Of a stretch of DNA of 64,000 nt, positions 14,101 to 26,821 are shown piece after piece (position 1 is the stretch's first letter; each line of letters opens with the position of its first letter). Origin of the DNA: Raillietiella orientalis (lineage: Eukaryota). The stretch is from assembly GCA_036172245.1 (NCBI GenBank), contig JAYWIR010000011.1, forward strand, positions 186,001 through 250,000, given 5' to 3'. A program made the translations under genes and the position numbers. Under the pieces are notes generated by a model. The model ran no database searches. It worked only from the letters and a program-made list of their open reading frames with translations, and was not told the DNA's origin.

Positions 14101-16084
14101 CCCCGGAGCGATCCCTGCGTCCTCTGCCGGAGACGGAGGGAACCGTTTGGAATCCGGGAGTGCTTCCCTCCCACACCTTGGGTGCTCGAACGCGAGCTGT
14201 AAGGATTCGGCAGGCAAACGCCACGGGCTTCCCTTTCCTTCACCACCCTCCCCTCCCCTCCCCCCCAATCTCTCCACTCTGCCCATCCGGCGGAGCAGCA
14301 AGCCGGTGGTCGCGGCTCCATCCGGTCCGCGCTTTCCTCATTGCGGTGATCACCAGCAGCGAGGTGGTTCCGTGAGGTGCATCCTTTTGAGGGAAACGGA
14401 AAGAGGAACGGCTCTTTTCCCTCCACTCTCCTCCATCCACCACCTCTCGCCGCGGCGAAAGCGCTCGCAGGCGAGCAGTCAGACGTCGTGTGGTGCATCC
14501 CCCCCCCCCCCTTCCTTCCGAAGCTGCTGCAGCCGGCAGTCGCCACATTTTCAGGGATGCAAGATGAACCCGGTCGTCCAGCACACCCGTCGTCCCCCGG
14601 TTGCCTCCGTCCTGTTACTGTGTTGCAGCCCCCCGGATGCGGGGGACGTTTCTTAGCGAGTGGCCGCGCGCGCTCCTTGGCAGCAGCTGGTCCCGTTCGT
14701 GTCGCATCGTGGGGCCTCGCGGCCGCTCATTTCCGCTCGCGAGAGATCCACACGAGGCCGTCGGTGCTGCTAGGCAACGGCTGTGCTCATCTGCGCGTTT
14801 CCGTTTTTGTTTTTTTCCCCTCTTTTTCTTGATGTTTGTTGCAGATTTCCGTTCCCCTCCTCTCGGAGGTCGTCCACGATCGCCGCTCTCCAGCGCGGGG
14901 CTGTTTGCCCCTCCATCGCACATAACTGCTCTTTCGCTCGTCTTCTCCCCTTGTCCTCCTCCAGTCGTCAAGAACGTGCCTTTCCGCCCAGTGGGACTCT
15001 CTCGAAAAGTTTTGCACAGTGAACGCGCGGCCGTGACCGTCGCGCTCACGCGGCCCGCTCGGGTTCGTCCACGAGTGGTCCACTTCGTCCGTAGCATCGG
15101 CGAGAGAGCGAGCCCCTTCGAAACGGGGGACCAGAGTGGTTGTGGTTGTGGTGGTCGCTTCGGTGTCCGGCTGCAGCAGCAGCATAAGATGAAGTCGGCG
15201 TCCTTTCCCTCTGCGAGGAGGTGGCTGACGAGCACCACCTTTTTCTTCCGTTCTCCCTCCCCCCCCCGCTACGTCGCTCGTGGCGACCGAGCCGCGACTA
15301 CCTGGTCATTACCAATTGGCGAGGACCGATCGAGCGCTGGCAGTGATGTTGGGTGAACGCCAGTTGAAATCTGTCAAGGAAGATGGATGCTCCCTCTTTG
15401 AAAATTAATGTACGTGCGAGCCTCTTAAGGCTTTCTAATTAATTTTTTCCTTCATCCTTTTTTTCCCTCCCTCCTTCCTTCCGAGAAAGATGACGTGAAA
15501 AGAAATGGCGGTTGCGCGCTTCGCCTGCCGACCGCTCCCCCCCCCCCCCTCTCTTCGTCTCTGCCCTGCTTCGGACGGGAACGCCTCTTCGCCGATCCCC
15601 CTTCGAGGTTCGGCGGCGACTCGGTTCCTCCTCCTGCCCTTCCCGTCGGGCGGCCTCTTCTGTCCCTGTTCCCAAAGGAAGGCTCCTCGCCCCCGGTGCT
15701 GTCGGTTTCCCTCTCACGACGGGAGATTTCCGATTCCCTTCCTCCCCTCCCACGTTCTCGCGAAGCTCCCCGGGTCAGCAGCGTCCTCGTTACAGGGAGA
15801 TCGCGCGGAGGTCGACGTGTGGTCCTGCAGGGACCGAAACGAACGCTCGCTCGCCTCGCCGAGCACTCCGTTTGTTCGACCCTCTGTCACGCACCACGGC
15901 ACTGGTGGAACCCCCTCCCCCCCCCCCTCTCTGTCGGAGGGTGTGGCGGCGGCGTCTCTTTGGGATGCAACGGTCTCGCTGCTACTTCGAGCAGCGTCCT
16001 TAAGAGGATTCCGGAAGGGCGAGGGCGTGGGGGTTTGAAAATCGGAGAGGGAAAGTCGCGCACTCTCCCGCGCGTGGGCGGCCG

Positions 16085-16272
16085 CGTGGCTGCGGCCTCC
16101 AGGCATCGCGGGTTCGAATTCCTCTCGAGGCGAAGCAGCAGCAGCAACGCCAGGAACGGGGTGGTGGTGCGAGGTGGGTTGGAGTCCTCTCCCCGCGAGA
16201 TGGCTCTGGTGGACCCGTAGGCTCCAGTTGCGGCGGCACTGGTGGAAGCTGGTCGTCCCCGTCGATTGGCCG
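16085..16272 (+). mobile_element. Same SINE-like family, 5' part
   Basis: GGCATCGCGGGTTCGAATTCC (B box from 16111), CCCCGCGAGATGGC and GGCACTGGTGGA, collinear with the 19165 copy. Confidence 0.65.
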
Positions 16273-16274
16273 CA

Positions 16275-16425
16275 TTGAAGAATCGAAACCCCCGAACGCA
16301 CTTCTCCCCCACCCCCAACCTTTCTCGTCGTCGATCCTTCCCCCCCGCCCCCCAGGTGGGATACGAACCCGCGACCCCCGGTGCCGCGTGCACGGACCGC
16401 ACCGCAGCTGCACGGCCGCTCGCCC
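16275..16425 (-). mobile_element. Same SINE-like family, inverted head fragment
   Basis: Reverse complement reads GCACGCGGCACCGGGGGTCGCGGGTTCGTATCCC, near-identical to 30482-30515. Confidence 0.68.
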
Positions 16426-16564
16426 TGGCGCGAATGAACCCTCTCTCATCGAAAGAATTCCACTGAGTGGTGGTGCTTTGGACGGCACGTTGGACGTTCC
16501 CACCCCTATCTCTGCGATTCCCCTATCACGGAGCTGTTTGGTGGACACCCGGTCACGCTGGGGC

Positions 16565-16640
16565 ATTTATTTATAAAATAAACACATAGGTCAGCGGCAG
16601 GACATTTGATCCTGCCGCTGACGTTACTTATAAATACAAG
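16565..16640 (-). mobile_element. Stem-loop plus ATAAATAAAT tail, likely the 3' terminus of a truncated non-LTR retroelement
   Basis: Perfect 13-bp stem GTCAGCGGCAGGA/TCCTGCCGCTGAC (16590-16622, 7-nt loop), followed on - by TTTTATAAATAAAT. Confidence 0.45.
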
Positions 16641-16744
16641 AAACCTGCCGTAAACTGGCACGTAGGCCGGCGGGGTTCGCCTTGGCAGCACAGGGGAAGG
16701 GGAAAGATACACAAAACAAAAAACAGACAGGCGCAAGAAGCGCA

Positions 16745-17007
16745 CGGAGCGGGTTGGTGCCTCTTCCGAGCGCAGGAAGTGCATTGCTCCCTTCTGCGAG
16801 CGCCCTTCTGAGGAGGAATCCGGGTGCGGTCCGCTTGCAAGTTCCCTCCGGAGAGGAAGCTCGAGGAACGATCCCCTCCGGGGGGTCTTTCCGGAGAGAA
16901 TGAAGAGGACCCTCCTTCCTTCGGAACCCTCCCTGTATTTGCGCGACGGTTTCTCCGGGGTGACCCTCTATAACTCGAAGGGTCGACACGCACCCTCAGG
17001 GGTAACG
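16745..17007 (+). mobile_element. Same SINE-like family, 3' part with subrepeats
   Basis: GGTTGGTGCCTCTTCCGAGCGCAGGAAGTGC matches 19483-19515; GTTCCCTCCGGAGAGGAA subrepeats; ends CTATAACTCGAAG. Confidence 0.6.
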
Positions 17008-19164
17008 TGGGCAGGGTCGAAGAACCTCGTGAGCGCCCCCCAAGGAGGCAGACGGTCCTTCAGCGCGCAGCGAATCAAGAAAGGGAAGAGGAAAAACAGA
17101 CTGGAAGGAAGGCAGCGAAGACAGAAGGACCCGAAGGGATTTGGGACGGGGGGGGGGGGATGAAACAGCCGAAGCAGCCGTGGTGCACTGAGGCACATCG
17201 CCGAAAGGAGAGCAGCATCCCAAACACCGAGGAAGCTCCGAGGTCCGCGGCCGAAGGGTGGCGGGGCCTGTGGCAGCGGCGGCCCATCTTCTTGGGAACT
17301 TGCGCCCCGGGACAGGGGCCACCGAGGTGGGTCGAGCTCACTCGGGAGGAGGCAGGCAGGTCGGGTCGACTGCTGTGGTGGGAGCCTTTCCCGGACGGGA
17401 GCCCTTCGAGGGCGAGGAGAGGGGAGAGAGGGGAGGTCGATCGAATGGGCCTGCGCGCGAGCTGCTGGCTCTTCCTCCTCCGGCGGCGTCGGCTGCGCTC
17501 CCTCTTGCTTCTGCTGTTTCGGCTGGTCAGTCACCCGCCGCTGCGCGAACTCCAGGTCGACTTCCGCCTCTGGTGCGGTTCTTCCCGAAGGTCATGCTGC
17601 GGGAGAGGGAGGCCCTCGCCTGTTCCCGAGCCCCCGGGGGGGTAGGCAGCGGGAACTTCGCGGCGGGTCAGCGACGGCCTGCCGGGAGACGCCGTCCCGA
17701 AATGTCTCGCGCGCCCGGGCCGGGGCTGGCTGAGGTCTGCGCTCGTTCTTGCGCGGCGCCGGTACCGTTTGGAATTGGGCGGCGCACCGGTTTTGGAATT
17801 CCCGCCGGCGGCACGCGGCCAGGCGCACGGCGTTTGGAGATGCCCCTCCGGCTTCTTTCGCCTGCTTTCCGGGTAGCGCTCCCCCAACAGGAAAAGAAAG
17901 GGGAAAACGCGACCGGCGGACACACTCGTCCGACCGTCGGGATCAACCCGGGGCCCGAGCGCGAGGGGGAGCCGGAAAGCTTTCTTGGTGTTCCATACGG
18001 AGCGCTGCCATGCCGAGCGCATCCCACGGACGCATTTCGGATGACGTGGGCGGAACAGCAGCAACCACTCGTCACTCTTTGCTGCCGCAAGTTTTTTTTT
18101 TTTTTTTCTTCCTTTTGGGGAGGGGGGGGGGGGGGAGGAACTTGCGATCGGGATTTCCCATTTTCTCCTGGAGGACTTCATGGCTTCGTCCTTTCACCCC
18201 ATATCTCAGGTTCTTGGCCAGTGTTTCGGCTCTGGGTCTTATCCAGTCTGGAATGGGCGCGGTCCTGGAACGGCTGGGCAATTGGCTCCCGGAACGATAG
18301 GGCACGCGTTGCTCATGGGGCTGTCCTCGGCGAAGCGGCACCTACAGAGGGAAAGACCGGATCAGGGGTCGGCACTTTGTCCTGGGGTTTCGTCGCGTCC
18401 CTCGAAAGCAAGGATACCCCTTGTCGGCGGAAGGTACCAGCCCGGGAGAGGGGAGGAGGAAGAGGCTCGAGGAAGGGAAGGGGGAGCACAACTGTGTCCG
18501 GAGATGCGTGGGTTGTCTCAAAATCCGGGAGCGGGAGCATTTCTCTGTGCCCCCTCCCCATCTCTTCCGGATCTAGCGGACGAAAGGTAGCACTCCCGTG
18601 CAGGGGCGGCGCGTGATGCGGGCACATCCACATCTCTCGCCCGGTTCCCTTGGAAACCTCCCGATGGACGGGTGTATTCGAGGGATCGCGCCCTGCTCCT
18701 GCGTGCCGACTCACTTCCGTGCCCGCGGCTGTCGGGGGCCGGGGACGGGGCCGCCTGCTCCGCCGCCCCCGTCCCAGCGGCGGGACGCTCGCGGCCCACG
18801 CGCCTGAGGCGTCTGGGGGATCTGCATCTTCCGGGAGCTCTTTCTCGCCGCGAAGGCTCTGAGAGTCTGTCTGCCTGAGGCTCGACGTGCGCGCGCTCGC
18901 GCTCCGGTCAACAGCGGCGTCTGGGGGAGGGGCAGTCGGTCGTCCTCCGTTGCGCGCACCCCCTTCTCCCATTTTTTCCGCCTTTCGCACAGAGGGCATC
19001 CGATCTTCCGCGATCGAAGGCGGCGCCGCCAAGGCGGAAACGCGCGCGCATCTCGACCTTCCCCCGCGCTTCAGGCGGACGCGGGGTGTCCACGAGACTG
19101 CCCGTCCGTCTTGTCCGCGGAGGTGTTCGCCTGCGCTCCCGGTAGTCCCCCTCCCCCAAGTAAC

Positions 19165-19752
19165 GCTCGTTGGCGGCCTCGCACGGCACCGGGCATCGCG
19201 GGTTCGAATCCCTGCCGGGGCGAAGAAGCATCGCCTCCGAGAAAGGGAGGTTCATCGGGGGGTTTCGAGTTTTCCCCACGAGATGGGCGCTGGCTGACCC
19301 CCGGACTTCGGGTTCGGAGGCACTGGTGGAGGCCAAATATCCCCGTTGGCTGGCAGCCGGGACTGGGAGTCGACCTTCCGGGGTCCTTCTAGGAATCAGG
19401 GAGCCCATTGCGTCCCTTCGGGATTCCCCTCCTCCGGTTGCGGAAGGGGAGCTGTCCCCTCCCTCGGGTATCCTGAGCCGGTGGATTGGTGCCTCTCCGG
19501 AGTGCAAGAAGCGCGCTGCTCCTTTCTGGGTTCTCTTCAGAAGAGGAGTCCCCTCCTGTGAAGAAGAAAAGGAGCAGTCGCCTCCAGGGGGTCCCTCTGG
19601 AGGGAATCAGGAAGAAGCGATTCCTTCTGGAGCGGTTCCGTCCCGAGCGCGAGAGGAACGGACTCACCCTTCCTGGATCCGAGGGGCGGTCCCCTCCTGG
19701 GGTGATCCCCTGGCTCCAGGAGTCGCTGCGCGCATTGCCCTAGGGTGGCGCG
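19165..19752 (+). mobile_element. Same SINE-like family, near full-length copy
   Basis: GGCATCGCGGGTTCGAATCCC (B box from 19201), GGGGTCCTTCTAGGAATCAGG and GGTGGATTGGTGCCTCTCCGGAGTGCAAGAAGCG, collinear with the 54365 copy. Confidence 0.72.
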
Positions 19753-22700
19753 GGGCAGTGTTGAGGAGCCTCATGAGGGCGGCCCGGGTGAGGGCGGGGG
19801 TCTCCGGACGAGCCACGCAACCCCGCGCTCGTGCGGCGCCGCGCCACGGAAGGCGAGACGCCTGCTCCGGCGCCTTGCCGCAAGCTGCTGCTCCTTCCAC
19901 AGACGTGTCGCGCTGCCCGCGCATCCTGTAATTTAGAGGCCGCCTGTGTATTTTGCAGTTTGCCGTGTGTTCGGATGCCAAGATCGGCTTTCCTCCTCCT
20001 CCTCCTATCCCCCCTTCCTTCCTTTCTTTTTAAGAAAAGAAAAAAAAATAGCAAGAAAAAAAAAAAAGAAAAAATCCCAGAGATTCCTGCTGTCTAACAT
20101 TCCGGGAAAAGAGCTCGGAAAGCGTGGCTTTTCCGATGGGCCGTAACGGTGCGCTTGTGGCGCAGCGCGGCGTTGCAGCGACATCCAAGAGAGTTCCGCT
20201 CCCCTTCTCCTTCGCATGCGCTTCGCTCCCCCCCCCCCCCCTCCTTCCAAGCCTGTCCCGCGCGCGCCGGTTCGCCCTCGAAGCTCCCGGAACAGGGGTC
20301 ACCGTTTCCTGTCGTGTGCTTCCGTCAGGAAGGTTATTTTTAATTCGGGTTTCGCCCGCGGCACTCGGACCCGGCGCGTTCCGCTGTCATCGAGGTCTCC
20401 CGGGGAACGCGTGACCGTGGTGCAGGCTCTTTGCGCGAGAGACCACGGGGTTCGCCCGCACGCCCATCCCGCCGCCCTGGGCGTGCTCAGGAGTTTCCGC
20501 CGCCGTACCAGAGACGCTCGCCCGCAGGTTCGGAGCCACTCCTTCCGCGCATGCCGGCGGCGGCTTGGCACGCCGCGACCGCTGCCCTGCTCAGCGTCTC
20601 CCGGCACCCCGGTCCTTTGACGGCGGGGCGGCTCCTGACAATCCTCCGAAGTGCACGTGAGCTGCGTGTTCAGCCGCGGCCGAACCGGGGAGCCGACGAG
20701 ACTTTGTGCCCGTCCTGCTTGCTGAGGTCAAGGAAATCGCTGCAGCGGGAGCGAACAAAGGGGAAGAGGGAAAGAGGGGAGGGAGGGAGGACGAAAATAA
20801 ACAAATCCGCGGTTGAAATATCCAGCAGGTGGCTCCTGCAGGCTTCCTCGGCCCGGGTTCTTTCGGCCGTTGCTCTGGCGCCCGCTTTCTAGTCGTCGGG
20901 ATCTGGCGATTCGATTCTTGGCGTGTTCTAGGGGACGCTGCGCAGACATCGCGCTCCCACGAGGCTGGAACGGGTTTTTCGAGGTTGCGAACCCCCCTCT
21001 AAGTCCTCGGACGCGCAGCTCCGGGGGTCGGGATGGCGGCAGCTGTGACATCACCCGCTCCGTGTCTTCGAACGTGCGGGAACGTTCCGTCTTGGGTGCG
21101 CACGCTGCGCTCCGAGCCATTTCGACTCGGTCAGCTCGTCGGCCCGGATCGTTCGGAGGGCCGCCCGAAGACCGCAGGTTCCAGGGTGGTCATCCCGGAT
21201 CCTTGCTCCGGCGAAGGCGTGGCTCAGCGAGATTTCGAGGTGTCGCGCCTAGAGCGACGCAAGCAGCCACCGGCTGACGAGGCGCGGCGGACCCGATGCA
21301 GCAGTATGGCGCGCGAGAGGGGGGGGGAGGGGAAGGGGGAGGTTGCCAACTGCTTGCTAATTTTAAGAGTTTCTTTGGATGATGGATTCTCCGAGACCGC
21401 TTCCGGGAGTATTCGGTTGACAGTGTGGATCTCGTGATTACAGTCAGGTGGATGCCTCTCGGGTCGTGGAAAGAGGAGCGGCGGCAAAGCGAGAGTTGCC
21501 CCTCTCTCGGGGGACCTTTCTGTCTTGAACGTCGGGTTTGCATCTCGCGGATTCAGATCGTTCTGCCTGTTTGTTTTCTTTCAGACTGATTGCCGGTTTC
21601 CTGGACGCTTCTTTGGCTGACGGCTGGTTCTCGAAAACAAATGGTCGCGCTGGCGGCGGCTGCTCGCTGGTATCAGGGAAACCTCCGCTCCCGCAGCCTC
21701 CCGCTTCCGTCCGTTTCCACGCTCACCAACTCCTTGTGACACGAGTCTTCCGTGCTAAGAAAGCTGTAGAGTGCTGGAACGTGCGGCCCTTCGACCGCGT
21801 AACTCGAAAGTGTCTTCTTGTGCGCGTGCTCGATGTAGACAGAGAGACGCAGACGGAGGCAACACGAAAAAACAAAAACAAAAAATCTTTGTTCCCCCCG
21901 TGTTATCCCCCCCCCCCCTTCCGATTCTTTTCTTGTTCTTCTTCGCCTCGATTGGCGAACTCAGTGCGGCACGCACCGGACGAAGACAGCAAACCCTTCT
22001 TCCTGCGTGCGATTGTGTCACCGCTTGCACGCGCGCGCGCGTGATTCCCTCGCGAAGAAGAAGAAGAAGGCTTTCCGGCACGCGAGAACCAAAGAGGTGG
22101 TTTCATCTGCTTTCTTCCCCCGCACTTAGCCGAGGGCAAGTGCGAGCCCCCAAGCCTTCGCTCCATTCGGCGAAGAGCGGACGTGCGCTCATTTTCGGGT
22201 GACAAAACGCGCCGTTCAGGCGCGCTGCTTGCGAGCGCCAGTGGTAGCTGTAATTAAATTGTATCCTTCTCTGCAGCTTCCACTGTTTAAATCAGTAAGT
22301 GTTATGGATGCGTCGCTCCGGAGCGCTTCATCATGCTTTCGTTGACATGGAGCGGCGAGATTTTTGGGGGGGGTTCCGCGACTGGGTTTCCTAATGGCCT
22401 ATGGGTTGTCGAACACCCCTCCATGCTGTCCGTCAAGTTGCACCTTCGAAGACCGCAAAGCAGCAAGTAGTATCCTTCGAAGCCGCACGTCTTCACTTGG
22501 TTTGCATGCAGGAAGGCAGGAGTTTCCTATCCTGCTGAACTGTCATCGGTGCGGTCCCTCTTCGGTTCCCAGCAACGTCCTTTTCACCTGACTTGCCCCG
22601 ATTGCTCTTTTGACTCCCTCGACGGACGCATCTTTCGGCCGCTCCGAAAGCGCCGGGCCCATGGGATCCTTGGGGAAAAACAAATTCCACGAAGCGTTGA

Positions 22701-25700
22701 CGACGCAACAGCGCGGAAAGTTTTTCCTCGGCAAAGCGAACTGAAGTGCTGAAAGACACGCATTCTCGAATGGCGGTCGCCCAGGTTGCTGTCACGGCAA
22801 CTGCCGCGACCGTCCGTAGAGCGGGGATGCTCGGGTGGGTGTCCGATTCCCCCCCCCCCGCCGGTTTTCCTTGGACCTCGGCACTAGGAAATCGCGTTGC
22901 GTTCCCAAAAGTTTTTTCTGGAGTCCTTGCGATTGGTCCTCTAAAGGAGTCAACGGTACGTTTCGCCGCTCATCAGCTCACGGGAGAGAGAAGGGGTTCG
23001 CGGGTCGTATCGGGGTCGCGTGTGGTTCAAGGGGTGTCTGGATGGCAGTGCCAAGCTGATGCTGCTGTGGCACGATCGCAACGGTCGCCGAGGATCTGCT
23101 GCATCTGCTGTTTGGGTCGTGCGCCGGCGGCGGATCTCAGCGCCGTCGCAACCTTGAAGTTTCCACAAGAATTTCTGGCGGTTGGGAGATTCGCATCTAC
23201 CTGTGTCTGGAGGGGGGGTCACTGAAGCGGACTCCGGTGTCAGCTGCAAGAGTAAAGTCAGTTTGGTAGAGCCGCCCGCTGCGATTTGCTGCTGGTCCTC
23301 TTCGCAGCTTCCGGATCGAGCGTTGCACGAAACTGTCCCCCTCCTTCTCCTCCCTACCCGTTGGCTGCAAGAACCTCAGCAGCCGTTGCCTTCGAAGAGC
23401 ATGTTTGTCTGCGAATCCCGTTTTCATCCTTCGTTGCTCCTGGCGGGTGGAGGGCGTTGCTTGTGGAGGCGGATTGCCGCGTGGGCTTGACACTTGCTGG
23501 CCGGAAAGAAGGGAGGATGAAGGGAGGCGAGGAGTGGTCGTCTTTGGCGGGTCGCGCCCATCGGCACGCCCTTCGCGGCGGCCTCATTTCGCATGGAGCT
23601 GCACCCGCGTTTCCTTTTTCCCGTGCTCCTCCGAGACGCTGTTTGTCCCGGAGGAGTTTCGGAAGACGGGTGCTTATAGCAAGGAGCTGCAGGGATGGGA
23701 ATTTGCTCTCCCTGTTGGATCTCGTTGGGTGGCGTGGTGGGTTCTAGACGTTTTTTTTTTTTTTTTCCCCCCTGCTCCGGAGAAGAAATCGGAGGGTGAA
23801 CGGTTCGCTTCCTCGCTGCGTGCGTCGGCATCCCGTCGCTGGGTGACTTGATGGTCATCGCACGGACAGACGGCCGCTCCCCATAGGGGATCGAGGCGAA
23901 CGTCCAGGGTTTCAGCAGCACGCATTAGGTTCTCCTCTCTGCTCACGGCTGCCCCCGTTGATGAGGGTGGGCACTGGTACGTAACGGGTGCTCCTCGTCC
24001 CGTACCAGCTGGGGTGTAACCAGGAACGGTCGCGGAAGTCTCTTCGCTGTTTCGGACGCGACGTGGCCAGCTCCTCTCGCAGCCTCCGTGGAGTCGTCCT
24101 GTCACAAGGATGCGTGCGAATTCCTCTTCCTCCGGTGCGTCCTGACGCGCCTACCGTCCTCGAACTCTCTCTGGATGTCTGCGCCTACGTGCATTAGGAA
24201 GTTTTTCCCTCGGGGGAGAACGAGAACGATCCCCCATTTTCCCCCCTCTCCCTGCAACTCAGTCCAGGTTTCACGCCCTTCTTTCGTTTCCTCTCGCTGT
24301 GGGGTCACTCGTTTCTTGGCGGAGGCGGGCAGAGGCATCTCTCCCCCCCTCCCCCCCCTTGTGGTTGGCGTTTCTCGCGCCCGCGACGGGAAGTCCCCAT
24401 CCTGGTACCTGTGCCGGTGTGCAGCTGCAGTGCGAGATCGCACGCACACCCCGCGAGCAGTTCCTTTCTACGCCCTACGGAAGAGGCGTGCTCTCGTTTC
24501 CGGCGGCGATCCTTTCTATTTTTAGAAGCAAGCAAGTGCGTGAGTGAGCGGCGCTCCTCCTCTTTCTGCTACCTCGCACGCGGGATGCGCGTTACGGGAA
24601 CGCGTGCGATCCGAGGTAGCCGCGCTCGGAAAAAATTCCCTGCCCCTCCGACGTTTCGTTGAAGTTTTCCTGCTTCCCTGGTCAACGCGGCTCACTCTGC
24701 TTGCCCGTTACCCTTGTCAGCAGGGTGAGGGTTGCTGCCTGTCCGTCCTTCGATGGCCTCGGGCGAGGCCCGAGAATCGCCTCCCCGCCACGCACAAGCG
24801 CGGACTACTCCCGCTGCTCTTCGCGCGTTTCGGGACCTCGTCGGTCACGCGAGCCGAACGAGGGTCGGCAGAGGGAGGAGCGAAACCGAGAGGTGACCAC
24901 GGTCTCGCCGTCTTCGCGGGGAGACTCTCCGGAACCTCTGAGCCGTCCAAGACCAGGCGGGATCCGATGGCCTCCTGGGATGCTGCGGCGGCGGTGGCGA
25001 TCCGCACAAAAGGTCTGAGACTTTCGTGCGGATCAACGCGCGAGATGGTTCTGCTCCTCTGACACAAGCAGGGGCAGGTGGAGCTATCGTGAATGTATCC
25101 TTCTTCGCCCGGAACCGGCGTCGCCAACTCTCTCGCACTGTCGGAGGTGGTCCACAGCAGCAGCAGCAGCCCCAGGCTGCCGCCGTTTCGGTCATCTCGG
25201 ACGAGTGGCGCCGCGCTTTAGAAGCGGCGGACTGCCTGAGCACCGCTCGCGACCTCCCCCTCCCCGAAATCGACCTGCTTGGAACGCAGGGTCCCCGATC
25301 GCGCCCCTCCTTGATGGGTGAACGTCACGCGCGCTGAGCTACCTATTCGCCCCTTCTTCCTCGTTCCTTCCCTTTTTTCCCCCTTGGGGTGAATCGATGG
25401 GCGGTATCGGCCTCCCAGCGGGACACGTTGCCCCGGCGGGCTCGGCGAGGGCCCGAGGAACGGAAATTCGGCTCCCGGAACGCTGGGGTGGGGCGGTTTC
25501 GCGGTCAGCAGGAGGAGTCGCTCCCCGCGTGGATCGCCCTGGGGCAGGGACGCCTCCTCTCTTCGCCTCTCGCGGGCAGCAGCGTTTCGCGGTCCTCCAC
25601 CCCGTGGACTGGTCCAGCGAGGTCCTCGCCTCTTCGCCGCGGGAGGAAGGCTGCCTCCTTGCGGTGGGCGGGGCTTACCCCATCGGCGTCTACCTGAGAC

Positions 25701-26821
25701 CTCTCCCCTTTTTTGCCCGCAGGAGGTCCGCGCCCTCGACTTGTTGGAGGTGGGCCTGGCTTCCCTCGACGGGGTCGCGAGGGGGGAACTGTCCTCGCTT
25801 TCAGGGGCGGAGAGGCGCGCTGCGTGGACGCAGCCTCCCGACTGCGTCCGGGAATGTGTGCGCTCCCAAGCGCCGAGCGAGCGAGGCTGCTTCAACCGTA
25901 AGGGCCCGGCGCGCGCGCACGCCTACCATCTCGCGAGAAAACGGGTAAGAGGCGACTCGTGGTAGCGACGGCGCTGGGTCCGCCGCCGCTTTCTGGATGC
26001 GATGGATGTGCAGCAGAGCCGTCGCTGGGCGACCCCTCCGCAGCTTCCCTGGGCGGATGCCCAGGGAAACAGCGGAGTTCCTTCGGAAAGTCCCTTCTTC
26101 CTCGCTTTCCCTTCTCACCCCACCGCACCCCATCTTTTTTATTGTTCATCGTGGTCCCTCTGCATCTTCGGCAAGATGTCGATGACCCCGTCTTCTCTCT
26201 TGCGAACGCCACGTCGAGGTCTGTAGGACTCCACCCGCTTCTCTGCGCGCGTGCGCCGTAGCCTCAGCTCGAGGAAGGGCGCTGCGAGCGTCTCCGAGCT
26301 GGAGGAAGGGCAAAGTGCGGCAGCGCGAGATCCCCTGTGGACGCCAACGGGCCCCTCCCTGCTCACGGGACGTGGGGGTTCGTGCTCCCTCGAGGTCACC
26401 GATTGGCCTGCGACGCGTGCCGGTCGTGCGACCGGGCGCCGCGGTTCAGATCGAACGCCTCCGAGGTCACGCCTGGAGCCTCCAGGTTGACCCTGTGGAA
26501 AGGGGGGGGGGGGATTGCAGCACGGCCTCCTGCCACGCCTCCGAAAGGCCGCGGCGAGTCAAGGACGCCCGGGGCGGGCGGGGGTGTTTTTGGAGCCAGC
26601 GGTGCCGTCCCTAGTGAAATCCCGGTCGCAACCGTTTCGACCGTCAGCTCCGATCAACAGTCGAAATCGAGATCGAGATCAAAGCCGGCGGTACGCGCGT
26701 GGGGAGGTGGGAGGGTGGGGTAGTGGGGTCCATGGCAGTGGTTGCGTGCGAGCCGAGCGTCGTCTTCGCGCTGAAGCCGGCGGCAGGTGGCAGGAGGAGT
26801 CATTCCTTGTCCTCGTTCCAG

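Larger units (their letters stand above)
1..26821 (+). other. Probable long intron of the integrin alpha gene (>26.8 kb, upstream end outside the window)
   Basis: The exon at 26822 starts in phase 2 within the first propeller blade. No upstream signal-peptide/FNL exon and no other recognisable gene found. T- and C-runs predominate on +. Confidence 0.6.

Noticed and set aside
19180..19230. tRNA genes at the GGTTCGAATCCC motifs
   Set aside because: No convincing cloverleaf or acceptor stem; the motifs are heads of diverged repeat copies.
1..26800. Many overlapping ORFs, including 6636-7613 (325 aa) and 17258-18616 (452 aa)
   Set aside because: Arg/Pro/Gly/Ser-rich, run through homopolymers, no recognisable domain; expected in GC-rich non-coding DNA.
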